Part shown: positions 21,028-30,913 of the stretch, piece by piece
Layout of the letters: the number at the start of each line of letters is the position of its first letter
Numbering within the stretch: the stretch's first letter is position 1
Source of the DNA: Clostridia bacterium
GTDB taxonomy: Bacteria > Bacillota > Clostridia > Oscillospirales > CAG-272
NCBI GenBank assembly: GCA_017503105.1
Contig: JAFVTS010000008.1
Span: forward strand, 206,212 to 270,211
Length of the DNA stretch: 64,000 bases
Reading direction: 5' to 3'
Program-made: the position numbers and the translations under genes
The notes under the pieces: model-generated
What the model was told of the DNA's origin: nothing
Database searches by the model: none
What the model saw: only the letters and a program-made list of their open reading frames with translations

Positions 21028-22212
21028 TTATTTCATTTTTACCATATAGAGCTGAGGATATCCCTCGGCATCGCGATCGGATGCAAAGAGTATCTTGTCG
21101 TTAGACCAGCTCCAGCACGGATGACAATGCACCTCTTGCCAGCGCCAGGACGTGTCGTGCTCGCACAGAATTTTAAACTCTGCTTTTTCGCCGGAGATGT
21201 CAATGAGAACTATATCCTCCACGGCATCTGCAACGAGTAACGAGTTATCTGTATTTGCGTGATAATGGTTACAATAATAAGGTACCTCAAGACTGCGAAC
21301 GAGGTTGCAATCCTTGTCGGCAAAGCCCACCCAAGGAATCGCGTCGCCCGAGTCCTCGGTAACAGTGACAGCTTGCGTTTTATTCGATGTTATAGTTCCG
21401 TCGTGTCCTTTTCCGCGATTATCAAAGAATACAAGACCGTCGCGCGTCCAGAATTCGTGACCTATGCTGTCATCCTCAGCTTGAACGAAGCACGGCTTTA
21501 CCGTTCTGGTGATGGTGTTGAGCATCCATATCCTCTGCTGAACGTAGTTCCAAGGTCCTTCGTGACAATAGGTTATAAACTCGTTAGTGTCGGGAGCGAA
21601 CTGTATATGCCCCACCCAATGAGTGTCTTTGAAAACGACCTCGCCGCCCGAGCCGTCCATATTGGCAATTATAATATTTCCGTTTTTGTGAGCATAAAAC
21701 GCCTCTTTAAATCCGCCGTAATTCTCGTGCGAATACCGGCTTCTTACACGATCGCCCTCTTCATCGTTGGCAACGATAGCAACGTAGCGACAGTCGTGGC
21801 TTATACTGGGGCTGCCGAGCGAAAATCCGAAGGGACATCTGTAAAGAAGGCGGGTTTCGTTCATCTTTCTGTCTATAACGTAAAGATCTCCGTCACCGAT
21901 AAAAGTTATGTAACGCGAATCCGGACTTTTAGTTACCCAATCAACTTTTTTAAAGCGGGATCCAAAATCGGTCAGCTGAACGCTGACTCCCGTGGTAAGA
22001 TCCATTGCGAAAAGCTCGTACGCATCTTTATCCATAACGCCGCCTTCTTTTCTTTTGTATATTATCTCATTGTCACCGAGAGTGAAAGAGTTGTCCGTAA
22101 AATACAAGTGAACGTTGGTGCCGCTGTTCGTAAGCTTCGTTATTTCAATCCCGCTTTTTTTATCAATATAAGTCGTCATTTCCGACGGAATGACCGTTCC
22201 TATTCCTGCCAT
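21028..22212 (-). CDS. ogl: Oligogalacturonide lyase (PL22, beta-propeller)
   Basis: HWVGHIQFAPDTNEFITYCHEGPW, GHEFWTRDG and TSWRWQEVHCHPCWSWSNDKILFASDRD...PQLYMV align with my recollection of Dickeya Ogl. Start is ATG 22212 after AGAGAGGA. Confidence 0.8.
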   Translation of the reverse strand: MAGIGTVIPSEMTTYIDKKSGIEITKLTNSGTNVHLYFTDNSFTLGDNEIIYKRKEGGVMDKDAYELFAMDLTTGVSVQLTDFGSRFKKVDWVTKSPDSRYITFIGDGDLYVIDRKMNETRLLYRCPFGFSLGSPSISHDCRYVAIVANDEEGDRVRSRYSHENYGGFKEAFYAHKNGNIIIANMDGSGGEVVFKDTHWVGHIQFAPDTNEFITYCHEGPWNYVQQRIWMLNTITRTVKPCFVQAEDDSIGHEFWTRDGLVFFDNRGKGHDGTITSNKTQAVTVTEDSGDAIPWVGFADKDCNLVRSLEVPYYCNHYHANTDNSLLVADAVEDIVLIDISGEKAEFKILCEHDTSWRWQEVHCHPCWSWSNDKILFASDRDAEGYPQLYMVKMK

Positions 22213-22229
22213 ATTCTTATTCCTCTCTT

Positions 22230-22571
22230 TTATTTCAAAAAATCTTTTCTGCACGGGGTAAAGGTGTCAAGCAAAACACCTTTCTCGAGGCAAACGCATC
22301 CGTGAACGATGCCCGGAAGCTTAAAAAGCGTGTCTCCCGCTCTGACAGTCTTCGTAACACCGTCTATGTTAAATTCAAAGGCTCCCGAGAGAACGTAAGT
22401 GAGTTGAGTGTGAGGATGAGAATGCATAGCGCCGACGGCACCCTTTTCAAAATGAACCTCCACTTGCATCAAATCGTCACCGTAAGCGAGTATCTTTCTC
22501 TTAACGCCTCCGCCGAGCTCCTCAAAATCAAGCTCTTGCCCAAAAACAAACTTTTCGTCTTTTCTTTCCAT
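22230..22571 (-). CDS. Cupin-2 protein, KdgF-like (unsaturated uronate processing)
   Basis: 113 aa with the cupin motif GAMHSHPHTQLTYVLSG, immediately upstream of ogl. Confidence 0.6.
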   Translation of the reverse strand: MERKDEKFVFGQELDFEELGGGVKRKILAYGDDLMQVEVHFEKGAVGAMHSHPHTQLTYVLSGAFEFNIDGVTKTVRAGDTLFKLPGIVHGCVCLEKGVLLDTFTPCRKDFLK

Positions 22572-22606
22572 TCTTTTTCTCCTAAAAAATATTCAAAACA
22601 TCAATA

Positions 22607-23248
22607 TCATCTGAGTGCGTCGATAGCAGCTTTTCTGTCAGGCGCTTTAAACACTGAGCTGCCCGCGACGAGAACGTTAGCTCCCGCAGCTTTAGCCGCC
22701 TCTGCGTTTTCGGGCTTGATCCCACCGTCAACCTGAATATCAAGGTCAAGTCCGCGTTTTTCAATTTCTGCCTTGAGTTTTCTTACTTTTTCAAGCGTTT
22801 CCGGTATCAGAGACTGCCCGCCGTAACCGGGTTCGACGGTCATAACGAGAATCATATCGCATTTATCGAGATAAGGATATACATCTTCTATGGGCGTGTT
22901 CGGTTTTACGGATACTGCCGCTTTTTTTCCTCTGTTTTTGATAATTTCAATACAACGGTGGGCGTCGTTCGTTGCTTCGGTATGGAACGTGACGATATCA
23001 GCTCCCGCATCTATGAAGCGTTCTATGTAGACCTCGGGAGAATCTATCATAAGATGAACGTCAAATATCATTCCGCTCTTTTTACGGAGCGCTTCTATCA
23101 CGGGAAGACCGAAGGAAATATTCGTGACGAATTTTCCGTCCATAACGTCGAGGTGCACCATATCTGCACCCGCTCTTTCAATGTCGTTTACCTCCTCGCC
23201 AAGCTTTGTGAAGTCGCACGCGAGAACAGACGGGGATATTTTTACCAT
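22607..23248 (-). CDS. rpe: Ribulose-phosphate 3-epimerase
   Basis: MVKISPSVLACDF, HLDVMDG and MTVEPGYGGQ. ATG 23248 is preferred; the upstream extension is hydrophobic junk starting from TTG. Confidence 0.9.
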   Translation of the reverse strand: MVKISPSVLACDFTKLGEEVNDIERAGADMVHLDVMDGKFVTNISFGLPVIEALRKKSGMIFDVHLMIDSPEVYIERFIDAGADIVTFHTEATNDAHRCIEIIKNRGKKAAVSVKPNTPIEDVYPYLDKCDMILVMTVEPGYGGQSLIPETLEKVRKLKAEIEKRGLDLDIQVDGGIKPENAEAAKAAGANVLVAGSSVFKAPDRKAAIDALR

Positions 23249-23409
23249 TTTATACCTCTCTATATATAATATAATAATGTAACAAAAAATCAGCTGACCG
23301 AATAAAATAACATATATAAGAACTAACAACGTAGAGGCTTTTCACGCAAAGACAACGAAGTGTGCGGATGTGTGACCTAAGGCGTGAAGGTCTTTACGAT
23401 TTCCAAGAA

Positions 23410-23427
23410 AGGCGAAGAAATTCGCCT
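23410..23427 (-). terminator. Small hairpin just after the ispF stop
   Basis: AGGCGAA-GAAA-TTCGCCT. The U-tract is weak on the minus strand and strong on the plus strand. Confidence 0.35.
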
Positions 23428-23429
23428 TT

Positions 23430-23912
23430 TTATTCTTTTGAAAGCAAGACCACGCAGTGCGCCGCAGCGCCCTCTTCTCTGCCCGTAAAGCCGAGATGCT
23501 CCTCCGTAGTTGCTTTGATATTTACGTTTGCGGCATCCGTCCCGAGCCCGAAAGCGATATTCTCGCGCATCTTCTCGATATACGGAGCGACCTTAGGTCT
23601 TTGCAATATCAAGGTCGCGTCAATATTTGAAACGCCGTAACCGCTTTCCTTCATCATTTTGGCGACTCTCGTGAGCAGATGCATACTTGAGATGCCCGAG
23701 AATTCTTCCGACGTATCGGGAAAATGCCGTCCTATATCACCGAGAGCTAACGCTCCGAGCACGGCGTCCATAACGGCGTGAACGAGCACGTCCGCATCCG
23801 AATGTCCGAGAAGCCCGAGCGTGTGCGGTATCTCAACTCCGCCTATTATAAGCTTTCTTTTCGGAACGAGCTTATGAACGTCATAACCGTGTCCTATTCT
23901 GAAACTACTCAT
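23430..23912 (-). CDS. ispF: 2-C-methyl-D-erythritol 2,4-cyclodiphosphate synthase
   Basis: FRIGHGYDVHKL...GHSDADVLVHA. Confidence 0.95.
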   Translation of the reverse strand: MSSFRIGHGYDVHKLVPKRKLIIGGVEIPHTLGLLGHSDADVLVHAVMDAVLGALALGDIGRHFPDTSEEFSGISSMHLLTRVAKMMKESGYGVSNIDATLILQRPKVAPYIEKMRENIAFGLGTDAANVNIKATTEEHLGFTGREEGAAAHCVVLLSKE

Positions 23913-24600
23913 TTATATCCCCTTTTTGAAGCAGGAATTCTGCGTATTCGATATCTTTCTTCGTTGTTATTTTAAAATTATATTCCTCGTTTTCAACGGC
24001 GAAAATGGGCGCGCCTGTCAGCTCCACCATCATATTATCGTCGGTAACGTCCGCTTTTTTCGAGGCAGAAAGCGCATGCGCATACAAATTCCTCTCAAAT
24101 ATCTGAGGAGTTTGCGCAAAACGCAGCGTATCCCGAGAAACGGTATCAACTATCATTCCCTCTCGGTCTATTCGCTTCACCGTGTCGGTTACGGGGGAAA
24201 CGGCGCTCGCCGCAAGATGAAAGTACGCCGCATCAGCCACTCTGCCGATAAGAGTGGGAGAAACGAGACATCTTGCCGCATCGTGTATCGCCACGAATTC
24301 GGACTGCTCGGAAATAGCGGAAAAACCGCATTCCGCAGAGCCGCGGCGACTTTTACCGCCCACGACGATAGCTTTGATCTTCGAAATCCCTGCCAGCTCC
24401 GCTTTGGCAAAATCAATTTCTTCTTTACGGCAAACCACTACTATCTCATCTATCGTCTCTGCGGACTCAAATGCCGAAACCGCGCGGTAAAGCACGCTTT
24501 TCGAACCGATCTTCATTTTTTGTTTTGTCATATTCGAGCGCATCCTCGAACCTACCCCCGCGGCAAGAATGATAGCGGAGGTGAAAAAAGCTTTGCTCAT
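23905..24600 (-). CDS. ispD: 2-C-methyl-D-erythritol 4-phosphate cytidylyltransferase
   Basis: ILAAGVGSRM...IHDAARC; overlaps ispF. Confidence 0.9.
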   Translation of the reverse strand: MSKAFFTSAIILAAGVGSRMRSNMTKQKMKIGSKSVLYRAVSAFESAETIDEIVVVCRKEEIDFAKAELAGISKIKAIVVGGKSRRGSAECGFSAISEQSEFVAIHDAARCLVSPTLIGRVADAAYFHLAASAVSPVTDTVKRIDREGMIVDTVSRDTLRFAQTPQIFERNLYAHALSASKKADVTDDNMMVELTGAPIFAVENEEYNFKITTKKDIEYAEFLLQKGDINE

Positions 24601-24609
24601 ATAAAACCG

Positions 24610-24948
24610 TCACTTTCTGTAATATACGAAATGCGCAGTAAGCGTTCTCTCGCGACCGTCTTCCAAAAGGTTGGGCCCCTTTATGACAACACCGTCACCG
24701 CTCATCAGATAGCTCGCATCCATCATCCCGACGTCGCATACGAAAAGGCGGTCACCCGACGTGTCAACGATGAATTTGTCATCCTTAAGACACAGCGCTC
24801 CACCGCGACCCACGACGTCCTCGTTTCCGTCTCTTTGCTCGGTCACGTATTTTATGACCTGTCCGTGAAGCTCACGCGCTCTTGCAAGGCGGAAGGCGTA
24901 GCTGTCCGTTTTTTCTTTTCCACCGAATATTTTTTTTAAAAAAGACAT
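24610..24948 (-). CDS. Hypothetical protein (112 aa)
   Basis: Clean ORF 9 nt upstream of ispD. No family recognised. Confidence 0.5.
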   Translation of the reverse strand: MSFLKKIFGGKEKTDSYAFRLARARELHGQVIKYVTEQRDGNEDVVGRGGALCLKDDKFIVDTSGDRLFVCDVGMMDASYLMSGDGVVIKGPNLLEDGRERTLTAHFVYYRK

Positions 24949-25060
24949 TATAACACCTCACATATATAATGATTTTACCACAAAACTAAAGAAAATGGAA
25001 GAGCTTTTTCGTTTTTTTGTGCATTTTGAAAAATTTTTTTATATTTTTTTCAAAAACCTA

Positions 25061-25089
25061 TTGCATTTTTCTAAATTTTATATTATAAT
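25061..25089 (+). promoter_or_regulatory. Sigma-A promoter of the dcw (mraZ) operon
   Basis: TTGCAT (25061-25066), 17-nt spacer, TATAAT (25084-25089). Confidence 0.55.
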
Positions 25090-25098
25090 AGTAGCAAG

Positions 25099-25124
25099 GT
25101 GGGGCAAAATGGAGCTTTGTGAAG
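25099..25124 (+). promoter_or_regulatory. Candidate MraZ operator (three direct repeats with 10-bp period)
   Basis: TGGGG at 25100, TGGAG at 25110 and TGAAG at 25120, exactly 10 bp apart and just downstream of the -10 element. Confidence 0.4.
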
Positions 25125-25191
25125 CAAAAAACCGCATTTTCCCGCTTCAAAACCCCAAAAACATCAAAAATACAGCAAAGGAGGTACGGTC

Positions 25192-25614
25192 GTGTCATTC
25201 GTCGGTTCATACACACATTCGCTCGACGCAAAGAAGCGTGTTTTCATTCCGTCGAAGTTCAGAGAAGAACTTGGCGAAGTTTTCTATATAACGAGAAAAT
25301 TTGACACCTACCTCTCGGTTTATACAGCAGATGAATGGGAGGCATTCGTGGACAAGATCGAGCGCCTGCCCGAATCCGACGCAGAGGAGATACAGGATTT
25401 CATTCTCGGCGCCGCGCAAAAATGCACTCCCGACGCAAGCGGAAGAATAATCCTTGACGAAAAGCTTGCCTCCCACGCAGGAATAGAAAAGAACATCGTA
25501 TTCGTAGGTGCCGGACGGCAGATAAGGATCTGGTCCGAAGAGCTTTGGAACGAGCGCGAATCGAAGCGCGACTTCGCGAAGATGCGCGATATAATGCGTC
25601 AATACGGGCTTTAA
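25192..25614 (+). CDS. mraZ: Transcriptional regulator MraZ
   Basis: GTG start after AAGGAGGT; SLDAKKRVFIPSKFRE and a second DASGRIILDEKL repeat. Confidence 0.95.
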   Translation: MSFVGSYTHSLDAKKRVFIPSKFREELGEVFYITRKFDTYLSVYTADEWEAFVDKIERLPESDAEEIQDFILGAAQKCTPDASGRIILDEKLASHAGIEKNIVFVGAGRQIRIWSEELWNERESKRDFAKMRDIMRQYGL

Positions 25615-25640
25615 CGATTCTTATATAAAGGAGAGCTCAA

Positions 25641-26585
25641 ATGCCAGAGTTCACGTTTTCCCATACGTCGGTGTTGCTCGGTGAATGTATCGACTCCCTC
25701 AACATTCGTGACGGTTACACCTACATAGACGCAACGGCAGGCGGCGGAGGACACTCCCTCGAGATCGCAAAAAGGCTTGGCAAGAATTCAAGACTCATCG
25801 CCTTCGACAGGGACAAAAACGCAATCAAAGCCGCGAGTGAGCGTCTTAAAGACTATTCCGATAAAGTAATATTCGTAAACGATAATTTTTCTTCGATAGA
25901 CCGTGTCCTTAAGGAATATCGGGTGGACAACCTCGGCGGCGTTCTTGCCGATCTCGGATGCAGCTCGCATCAGTTCGATACCCCCGAGCGAGGCTTCAGC
26001 TATATGCACGACGCTCCGCTTGATATGAGAATGGACACCGATTCCCCGCTCTGCGCTTTCAACGTGATCAACGAATATCCCGAAGAGCGGCTGAGAAAAA
26101 TCATTTTCGACTACGGAGAAGAGCGCTTCGCACCGCGAATAGCCGCAAAGATAGCCGAAGCGAGAGCCAAGCGTCCTATCGAAACGACCTACGAGCTCTC
26201 AGAGATAATAAAATCCGCAATTCCCGCCGCGGCAAGAGTGAGCGGTCCACACCCTGCGAAAAGAACGTTCCAGGCGATCAGGATAGAAGTCAACTCAGAG
26301 CTTGACGCGATAGAGCCGCTGATTAGAATTTCGTCCTCGGCTTTAGTTAAAAGCGGAAGAATAGCAATTATATCCTTCCATTCCTTAGAGGACAGAATAG
26401 TCAAGCAAACGTACAAAAAGCTCTCGGAGGGCTGTACTTGCCCGCGCGACTTCCCCGTCTGTGTTTGCGGCAACAAGCCTACGGTAAAAGAAATAACGAA
26501 AAAACCAATACTTCCTTCGGAAGAAGAATTAAATAACAATCCGCGTTCAAGAAGCGCAAAGCTTCGCGTGGCAGAAAAAATATAA
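25641..26585 (+). CDS. rsmH: 16S rRNA (cytosine1402-N4)-methyltransferase
   Basis: HTSVLLGE...DATAGGGGHS...SFHSLEDR. Confidence 0.95.
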   Translation: MPEFTFSHTSVLLGECIDSLNIRDGYTYIDATAGGGGHSLEIAKRLGKNSRLIAFDRDKNAIKAASERLKDYSDKVIFVNDNFSSIDRVLKEYRVDNLGGVLADLGCSSHQFDTPERGFSYMHDAPLDMRMDTDSPLCAFNVINEYPEERLRKIIFDYGEERFAPRIAAKIAEARAKRPIETTYELSEIIKSAIPAAARVSGPHPAKRTFQAIRIEVNSELDAIEPLIRISSSALVKSGRIAIISFHSLEDRIVKQTYKKLSEGCTCPRDFPVCVCGNKPTVKEITKKPILPSEEELNNNPRSRSAKLRVAEKI

Positions 26586-26600
26586 AGGAGAACTAAAAAG

Positions 26601-27044
26601 ATGGCTTACAATACTACTTACGACAATCTCTACGAAAATCTTAAGAACAGGTTCACCGTTGAGAACGACAACTTCGAATACACTCTCGGAGAGTATATGC
26701 TCGCGAAGGCAAACGAAATCGATGAAGTCTCCTCCCTGCCCGTCAGCGTCAACGATAACGCAATGAACAAAAGCTTGGTTCTCAGCATCGCCTCGTTCGT
26801 AAATGAGAAACTGACGATAAAAAAGGCACCCGTGAAGGACAAGACTCTGCGCTCGTTCCCCTTCCGTACCACGGTGGCGTCGCTTCTGTCCGCGTTCTTG
26901 CTTTGCACGATCGTTGTGACCTACGGTCTTCTCGGCAATTCAAGCCCCGCGACCGAAGCAGAAACCGCGAATGCGTCTTACGAGGTAGAGAACATAGATT
27001 CTTTTGAGGATATCGAAGCTACCGACACCACGCATCAAGCTTAA
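26601..27044 (+). CDS. Hypothetical single-pass membrane protein in the ftsL slot
   Basis: 147 aa with its only TM near residue 95-115 (VASLLSAFLLCTIVVTYGLLG) and an acidic tail. Only the position, not the sequence, suggests FtsL. Confidence 0.45.
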   Translation: MAYNTTYDNLYENLKNRFTVENDNFEYTLGEYMLAKANEIDEVSSLPVSVNDNAMNKSLVLSIASFVNEKLTIKKAPVKDKTLRSFPFRTTVASLLSAFLLCTIVVTYGLLGNSSPATEAETANASYEVENIDSFEDIEATDTTHQA

Positions 27045-27096
27045 TTTTTGTTTATATTTTAATTTCCTTTCATATTTTTATTTTGGCAACAATAAG

Positions 27097-27147
27097 ATAT
27101 AGCGATAGTCCTATTTGCGAGGGGCTGTCGCTATATTTTATTTTTTT
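27097..27147 (+). terminator. Strong intrinsic terminator or attenuator inside the dcw cluster
   Basis: 11-bp stem ATATAGCGATA(27097-27107)/TGTCGCTATAT(27126-27136), then TTTTATTTTTTT. Confidence 0.65.
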
Positions 27148-27164
27148 AAGGATATTTATAATAA

Positions 27165-29420
27165 ATGAAGAAAAACGAGCTTCGATCGGATGTAACGGAA
27201 AGAATTTGCAAAAAACGCATAATAGCAGTCGGGTGCGCCTTTTGCGTTTTTCTCACCTATCTTTTCGGGAATCTCTTTTATTTACAATACGTAAAGCACG
27301 ATTACTATAAACAAAAAACATACGATCAGATAACGACCTCTTCCCTTCTGAAAGCGGAACGCGGTAAAATATACGACTCGGGTATGAACGTTCTTGCAAC
27401 GGACAAAACCGTTTGGCGCATATTCGTGTCTACGAGAAACATTAAGATGGCGGAGAAAAACGGATATACGGGCTGCGCGGAATTTATAGCAAAAGGGCTT
27501 TCCGAAATTCTCGGCACGGATGAAGACGTCCTTTTCAAAAAAATAAAAAACACGAGCCAGCTTGACGTCACCGTAAAAAAGGCGGCAGACGAAGAAACTT
27601 ATAATCGGGTCTTGCGATTCATTATCGAAAATTCGCTTGAGGATCTCGTCTTCACGGAAGCGCAAGGCTCCCGTTATTACCCTGCGGGAACACTCGCGGC
27701 ACACGTCCTCGGCTTCACGGGCAGCGACAACGACGGGCTTTTCGGGCTTGAATACTATTACGACGAAACGCTTTCGGGCAAAGACGGCTACTACCTTTAC
27801 GCAAAGGATGCGAACGGAAACACCCTCCCTACGGAATACTCGGAGATTTCGCCCGCCGTGGACGGCAATTCGATCGTTACGACCATTGATTCATTCTTAC
27901 AGGAGGCACTCGAAACTCAGCTTGAGAATATTCGGATAAACCACGACGTTCAGAACAGAGTTACGGGAATAGTTATGGACACGTCGACAGGCGCCATTCT
28001 CGCTATGGCAACATCGTCCCCCTTCGACCCCAACTCTCCGTTCGTACTCGATTCGGAATCAAGCGCGAAACTTGCAGCGAGCGGCTATTCCGAGGATAGC
28101 GAAAATTATAAAGCGTATAAAAACGAGCTGCTTCAGGAAATGTGGTCAAATAAAGCCGTAAGTCAGCTGTACGAGCCCGGGTCGACCTTTAAAATAGTCA
28201 CCGTGTCGGCAGCGTTAGATTCGGGAGCCGCAAAAATCACCGACACCTTCTCCTGCAAGGGATATCACGAGGTCGGCGGCTGGCGGATAAAATGCCACAA
28301 GGTCACGGGGCACGGATCGGGGTTTTCTCTTGCTTACGGGCTCCAAATGTCCTGCAACCCAACTATGATGACAATAGCGGAGCGCATAGGTGCGCAAAGA
28401 TTTTATTCTTACGTTGAGAAATTCGGTTACTTTGAAAAAACGGGAATCGACCTGCCCGGCGAGGCGTCAACGATATTTCACAAGCCCGAAAACATCGGCT
28501 CGACGGAGCTTGCTACCGCCTCCTTCGGTCAGCGATTCAAGGTGTCCGTAATAAATCAACTGAGGGCAATATCTTGCGTGGCAAACGGCGGTCAGCTCGT
28601 AACGCCTTACTTGGTGGAAAAAATAATAGATCCCTCGGGAAATACCGTGTCCGAGCACACGCCCGAGATACGCGCTCAGGTAATAGACAAGGAAGTCGCG
28701 GATCTTGTAGCTAAAGTCCTCGAGGAAGGCGTGAGCGGTGACGGCGGCGCGAAAAACGCTCACGTCCTCGGATACAGCGTTGCGGCAAAAACGGGCACGT
28801 CGCAGAAGTTTGACGTTCTTGACGAAAACGGAAACTCATATCTGAGAATAGGCTCGACCGTTGCTTTCACGACCGGATACGAAAGAAATATTTCTATGAT
28901 ACTCGTCGTCGATGAGCCGATGACGAGCGTAAAATACGGGAGCGTCGTTGCCGCGCCTTACGTCTCTGCGTTTCTTGAAACCGCTCTTCCCTACTTAGAA
29001 TATAAATCGACTCGGGAAGAAGAGCTCGTCACAGTCGGGAATTACGTCGGTATGAACGTAAATTCCGCCGTGAAAGAGCTGACGGGCGCATCCGTTTCTT
29101 ATAAAATTATCGGTGACGGAAAAACGGTTATAAGCCAAATGCCCGCCGCAAACGACAAAGTCAGCTTACAAAGCACCGTCGTTTACCTATACACAGAAGA
29201 TGAGGAAAACGAGCTCACGATGCCGAATCTTCTCGGTCTTGACGCACACTCGGCAAGCGTTGCCGCGATAAACCTCGGCTTGAACGTACAGATATCGGGG
29301 CCGTCCGATATGGGCGCCTTTTCCCTCTCGGTAAGCGAACAGTCTATCCCACCGGGAGAGAAGATCAAGCGAGGACAGATACTTATACTAAGACTCGTAT
29401 CAACGAGCTTCGAAGATTAG
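27165..29420 (+). CDS. Class B penicillin-binding protein (FtsI/PBP2B/SpoVD type, C-terminal PASTA)
   Basis: N-terminal TM, transpeptidase motifs STFK, SCN and KTGT, and a C-terminal PASTA-like repeat. Confidence 0.9.
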   Translation: MKKNELRSDVTERICKKRIIAVGCAFCVFLTYLFGNLFYLQYVKHDYYKQKTYDQITTSSLLKAERGKIYDSGMNVLATDKTVWRIFVSTRNIKMAEKNGYTGCAEFIAKGLSEILGTDEDVLFKKIKNTSQLDVTVKKAADEETYNRVLRFIIENSLEDLVFTEAQGSRYYPAGTLAAHVLGFTGSDNDGLFGLEYYYDETLSGKDGYYLYAKDANGNTLPTEYSEISPAVDGNSIVTTIDSFLQEALETQLENIRINHDVQNRVTGIVMDTSTGAILAMATSSPFDPNSPFVLDSESSAKLAASGYSEDSENYKAYKNELLQEMWSNKAVSQLYEPGSTFKIVTVSAALDSGAAKITDTFSCKGYHEVGGWRIKCHKVTGHGSGFSLAYGLQMSCNPTMMTIAERIGAQRFYSYVEKFGYFEKTGIDLPGEASTIFHKPENIGSTELATASFGQRFKVSVINQLRAISCVANGGQLVTPYLVEKIIDPSGNTVSEHTPEIRAQVIDKEVADLVAKVLEEGVSGDGGAKNAHVLGYSVAAKTGTSQKFDVLDENGNSYLRIGSTVAFTTGYERNISMILVVDEPMTSVKYGSVVAAPYVSAFLETALPYLEYKSTREEELVTVGNYVGMNVNSAVKELTGASVSYKIIGDGKTVISQMPAANDKVSLQSTVVYLYTEDEENELTMPNLLGLDAHSASVAAINLGLNVQISGPSDMGAFSLSVSEQSIPPGEKIKRGQILILRLVSTSFED

Positions 29421-29428
29421 GAGAAAAA

Positions 29429-30913
29429 ATGAAGATCAAAGATATTCTTTCGTCCCAAAAGCACGTCGCCCCCAAGAGAGTCCTCGAGCTTGATTTCAAA
29501 AAAATATCGTATAAAAAAGAAAAAATAGAGCAAGACAGCGTATATTTTCATTTAAATCCGAAGAAATACAGCATCGGCAGTATATTCGAAAATGAGGAGC
29601 AAATAAAGCCCGTCGCTATAATCGGCGATGGCGATGAATCGGAGGAGATCTTCGGAATACCGTACATAAAAACCGAAAACGCAAGAGCCGCGCTTTCACA
29701 CGCCTATTCAGCGTTTTGCGGAATTGATTATTCAAGTCTGAAATTCATAGGAATAACGGGAACGAACGGAAAAACAACGACCGCTCATTTGATAAACGAA
29801 ATACTGAAATCGGAGGGCAAGCGCACGGGCGTTATCGGAACGGGTAAGATCGAAATTCTCGGAGAGACGGTAAGCTCGTTCGATTACTCGATGACGACCC
29901 CTGACCCCGACGTTCTTTTTCCGAGCATAAAAAGAATGCAAGCAGACGGATGCGAATACGTAATTATGGAGGTCTCAAGCCACGCGCTGAGTTTTGAAAA
30001 GGTTTGTCCCATTACGTTCGATATCGGAATATTTACCAACCTCTCACACGAGCATTTGGACTTCCATATCACGATGGAAGAATACTATAAATCAAAGCTG
30101 AAGCTTTTCGGGCGGTGCAAGCTCGGCATTTTCAATATAGACGACGAATACGGAAGACGGGCTTATACGGAGGCTCCTTGCAAAAAGGAAAGCGTTGGCG
30201 TTTTATGGGATGCAGACGCCGTCGCAAAGGAACCGAAGCTGAAAGGTTTTTCGGGTTCAAGCTATCTCTACCGAGAAAAAGATTTTATTTTCAAAATGAA
30301 TTTACCGCTCGTGGGGGCGCATAATATATATAATTCGCTTTGCGCGATAAAAGCAGCCGTCGCTTCAGGCTGCCGCCCCTGCGTTGCCAAGCGTACTCTT
30401 GAAAAGGTAGCGCCGCCCGACGGAAGATTCTTCGTGATAGACGACGAAATAAGCGTAATAATTGATTATGCCCACACGCCCGCCGCGATGGAAAACACTC
30501 TCAAAATCATAAATACGGCAAAAAAAGCAGAGCAGAAATTGATTTGCGTCTTTGGATGCGGAGGAGAGCGGGATAAAGCCAAGCGACCGCTTATGGGCAG
30601 TATCGGAGAGCGTCTTGCGGACTTCGTAATACTTACGGAAGATAACTCAAGGGGCGAAGACGCGATAAACATTTTAAACGAAATAGCGTCGGGAATCAGC
30701 GATAAGAGCAAAACGGCTACTATTCCGAAAAGAACGGACGCGATAGAAAACGCCGTACTGAACGCAGATAAAGGCACCGTCATAGCCATACTCGGTAAGG
30801 GTGCGGAAAAATACAATATAGATTCAAAAGGAATCCGCGCTTACAGTGACGAAGATACTGTGAGAAAAGCGCTTCTCAGGCGAAAGGAGTTGACCCGACG
30901 GAATGAAGGTTGA
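29429..30913 (+). CDS. murE: UDP-MurNAc-L-Ala-D-Glu--2,6-diaminopimelate ligase
   Basis: GITGTNGKTTT and a Mur ligase middle and C-terminal domain (EDNSRGE). Confidence 0.9.
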   Translation: MKIKDILSSQKHVAPKRVLELDFKKISYKKEKIEQDSVYFHLNPKKYSIGSIFENEEQIKPVAIIGDGDESEEIFGIPYIKTENARAALSHAYSAFCGIDYSSLKFIGITGTNGKTTTAHLINEILKSEGKRTGVIGTGKIEILGETVSSFDYSMTTPDPDVLFPSIKRMQADGCEYVIMEVSSHALSFEKVCPITFDIGIFTNLSHEHLDFHITMEEYYKSKLKLFGRCKLGIFNIDDEYGRRAYTEAPCKKESVGVLWDADAVAKEPKLKGFSGSSYLYREKDFIFKMNLPLVGAHNIYNSLCAIKAAVASGCRPCVAKRTLEKVAPPDGRFFVIDDEISVIIDYAHTPAAMENTLKIINTAKKAEQKLICVFGCGGERDKAKRPLMGSIGERLADFVILTEDNSRGEDAINILNEIASGISDKSKTATIPKRTDAIENAVLNADKGTVIAILGKGAEKYNIDSKGIRAYSDEDTVRKALLRRKELTRRNEG

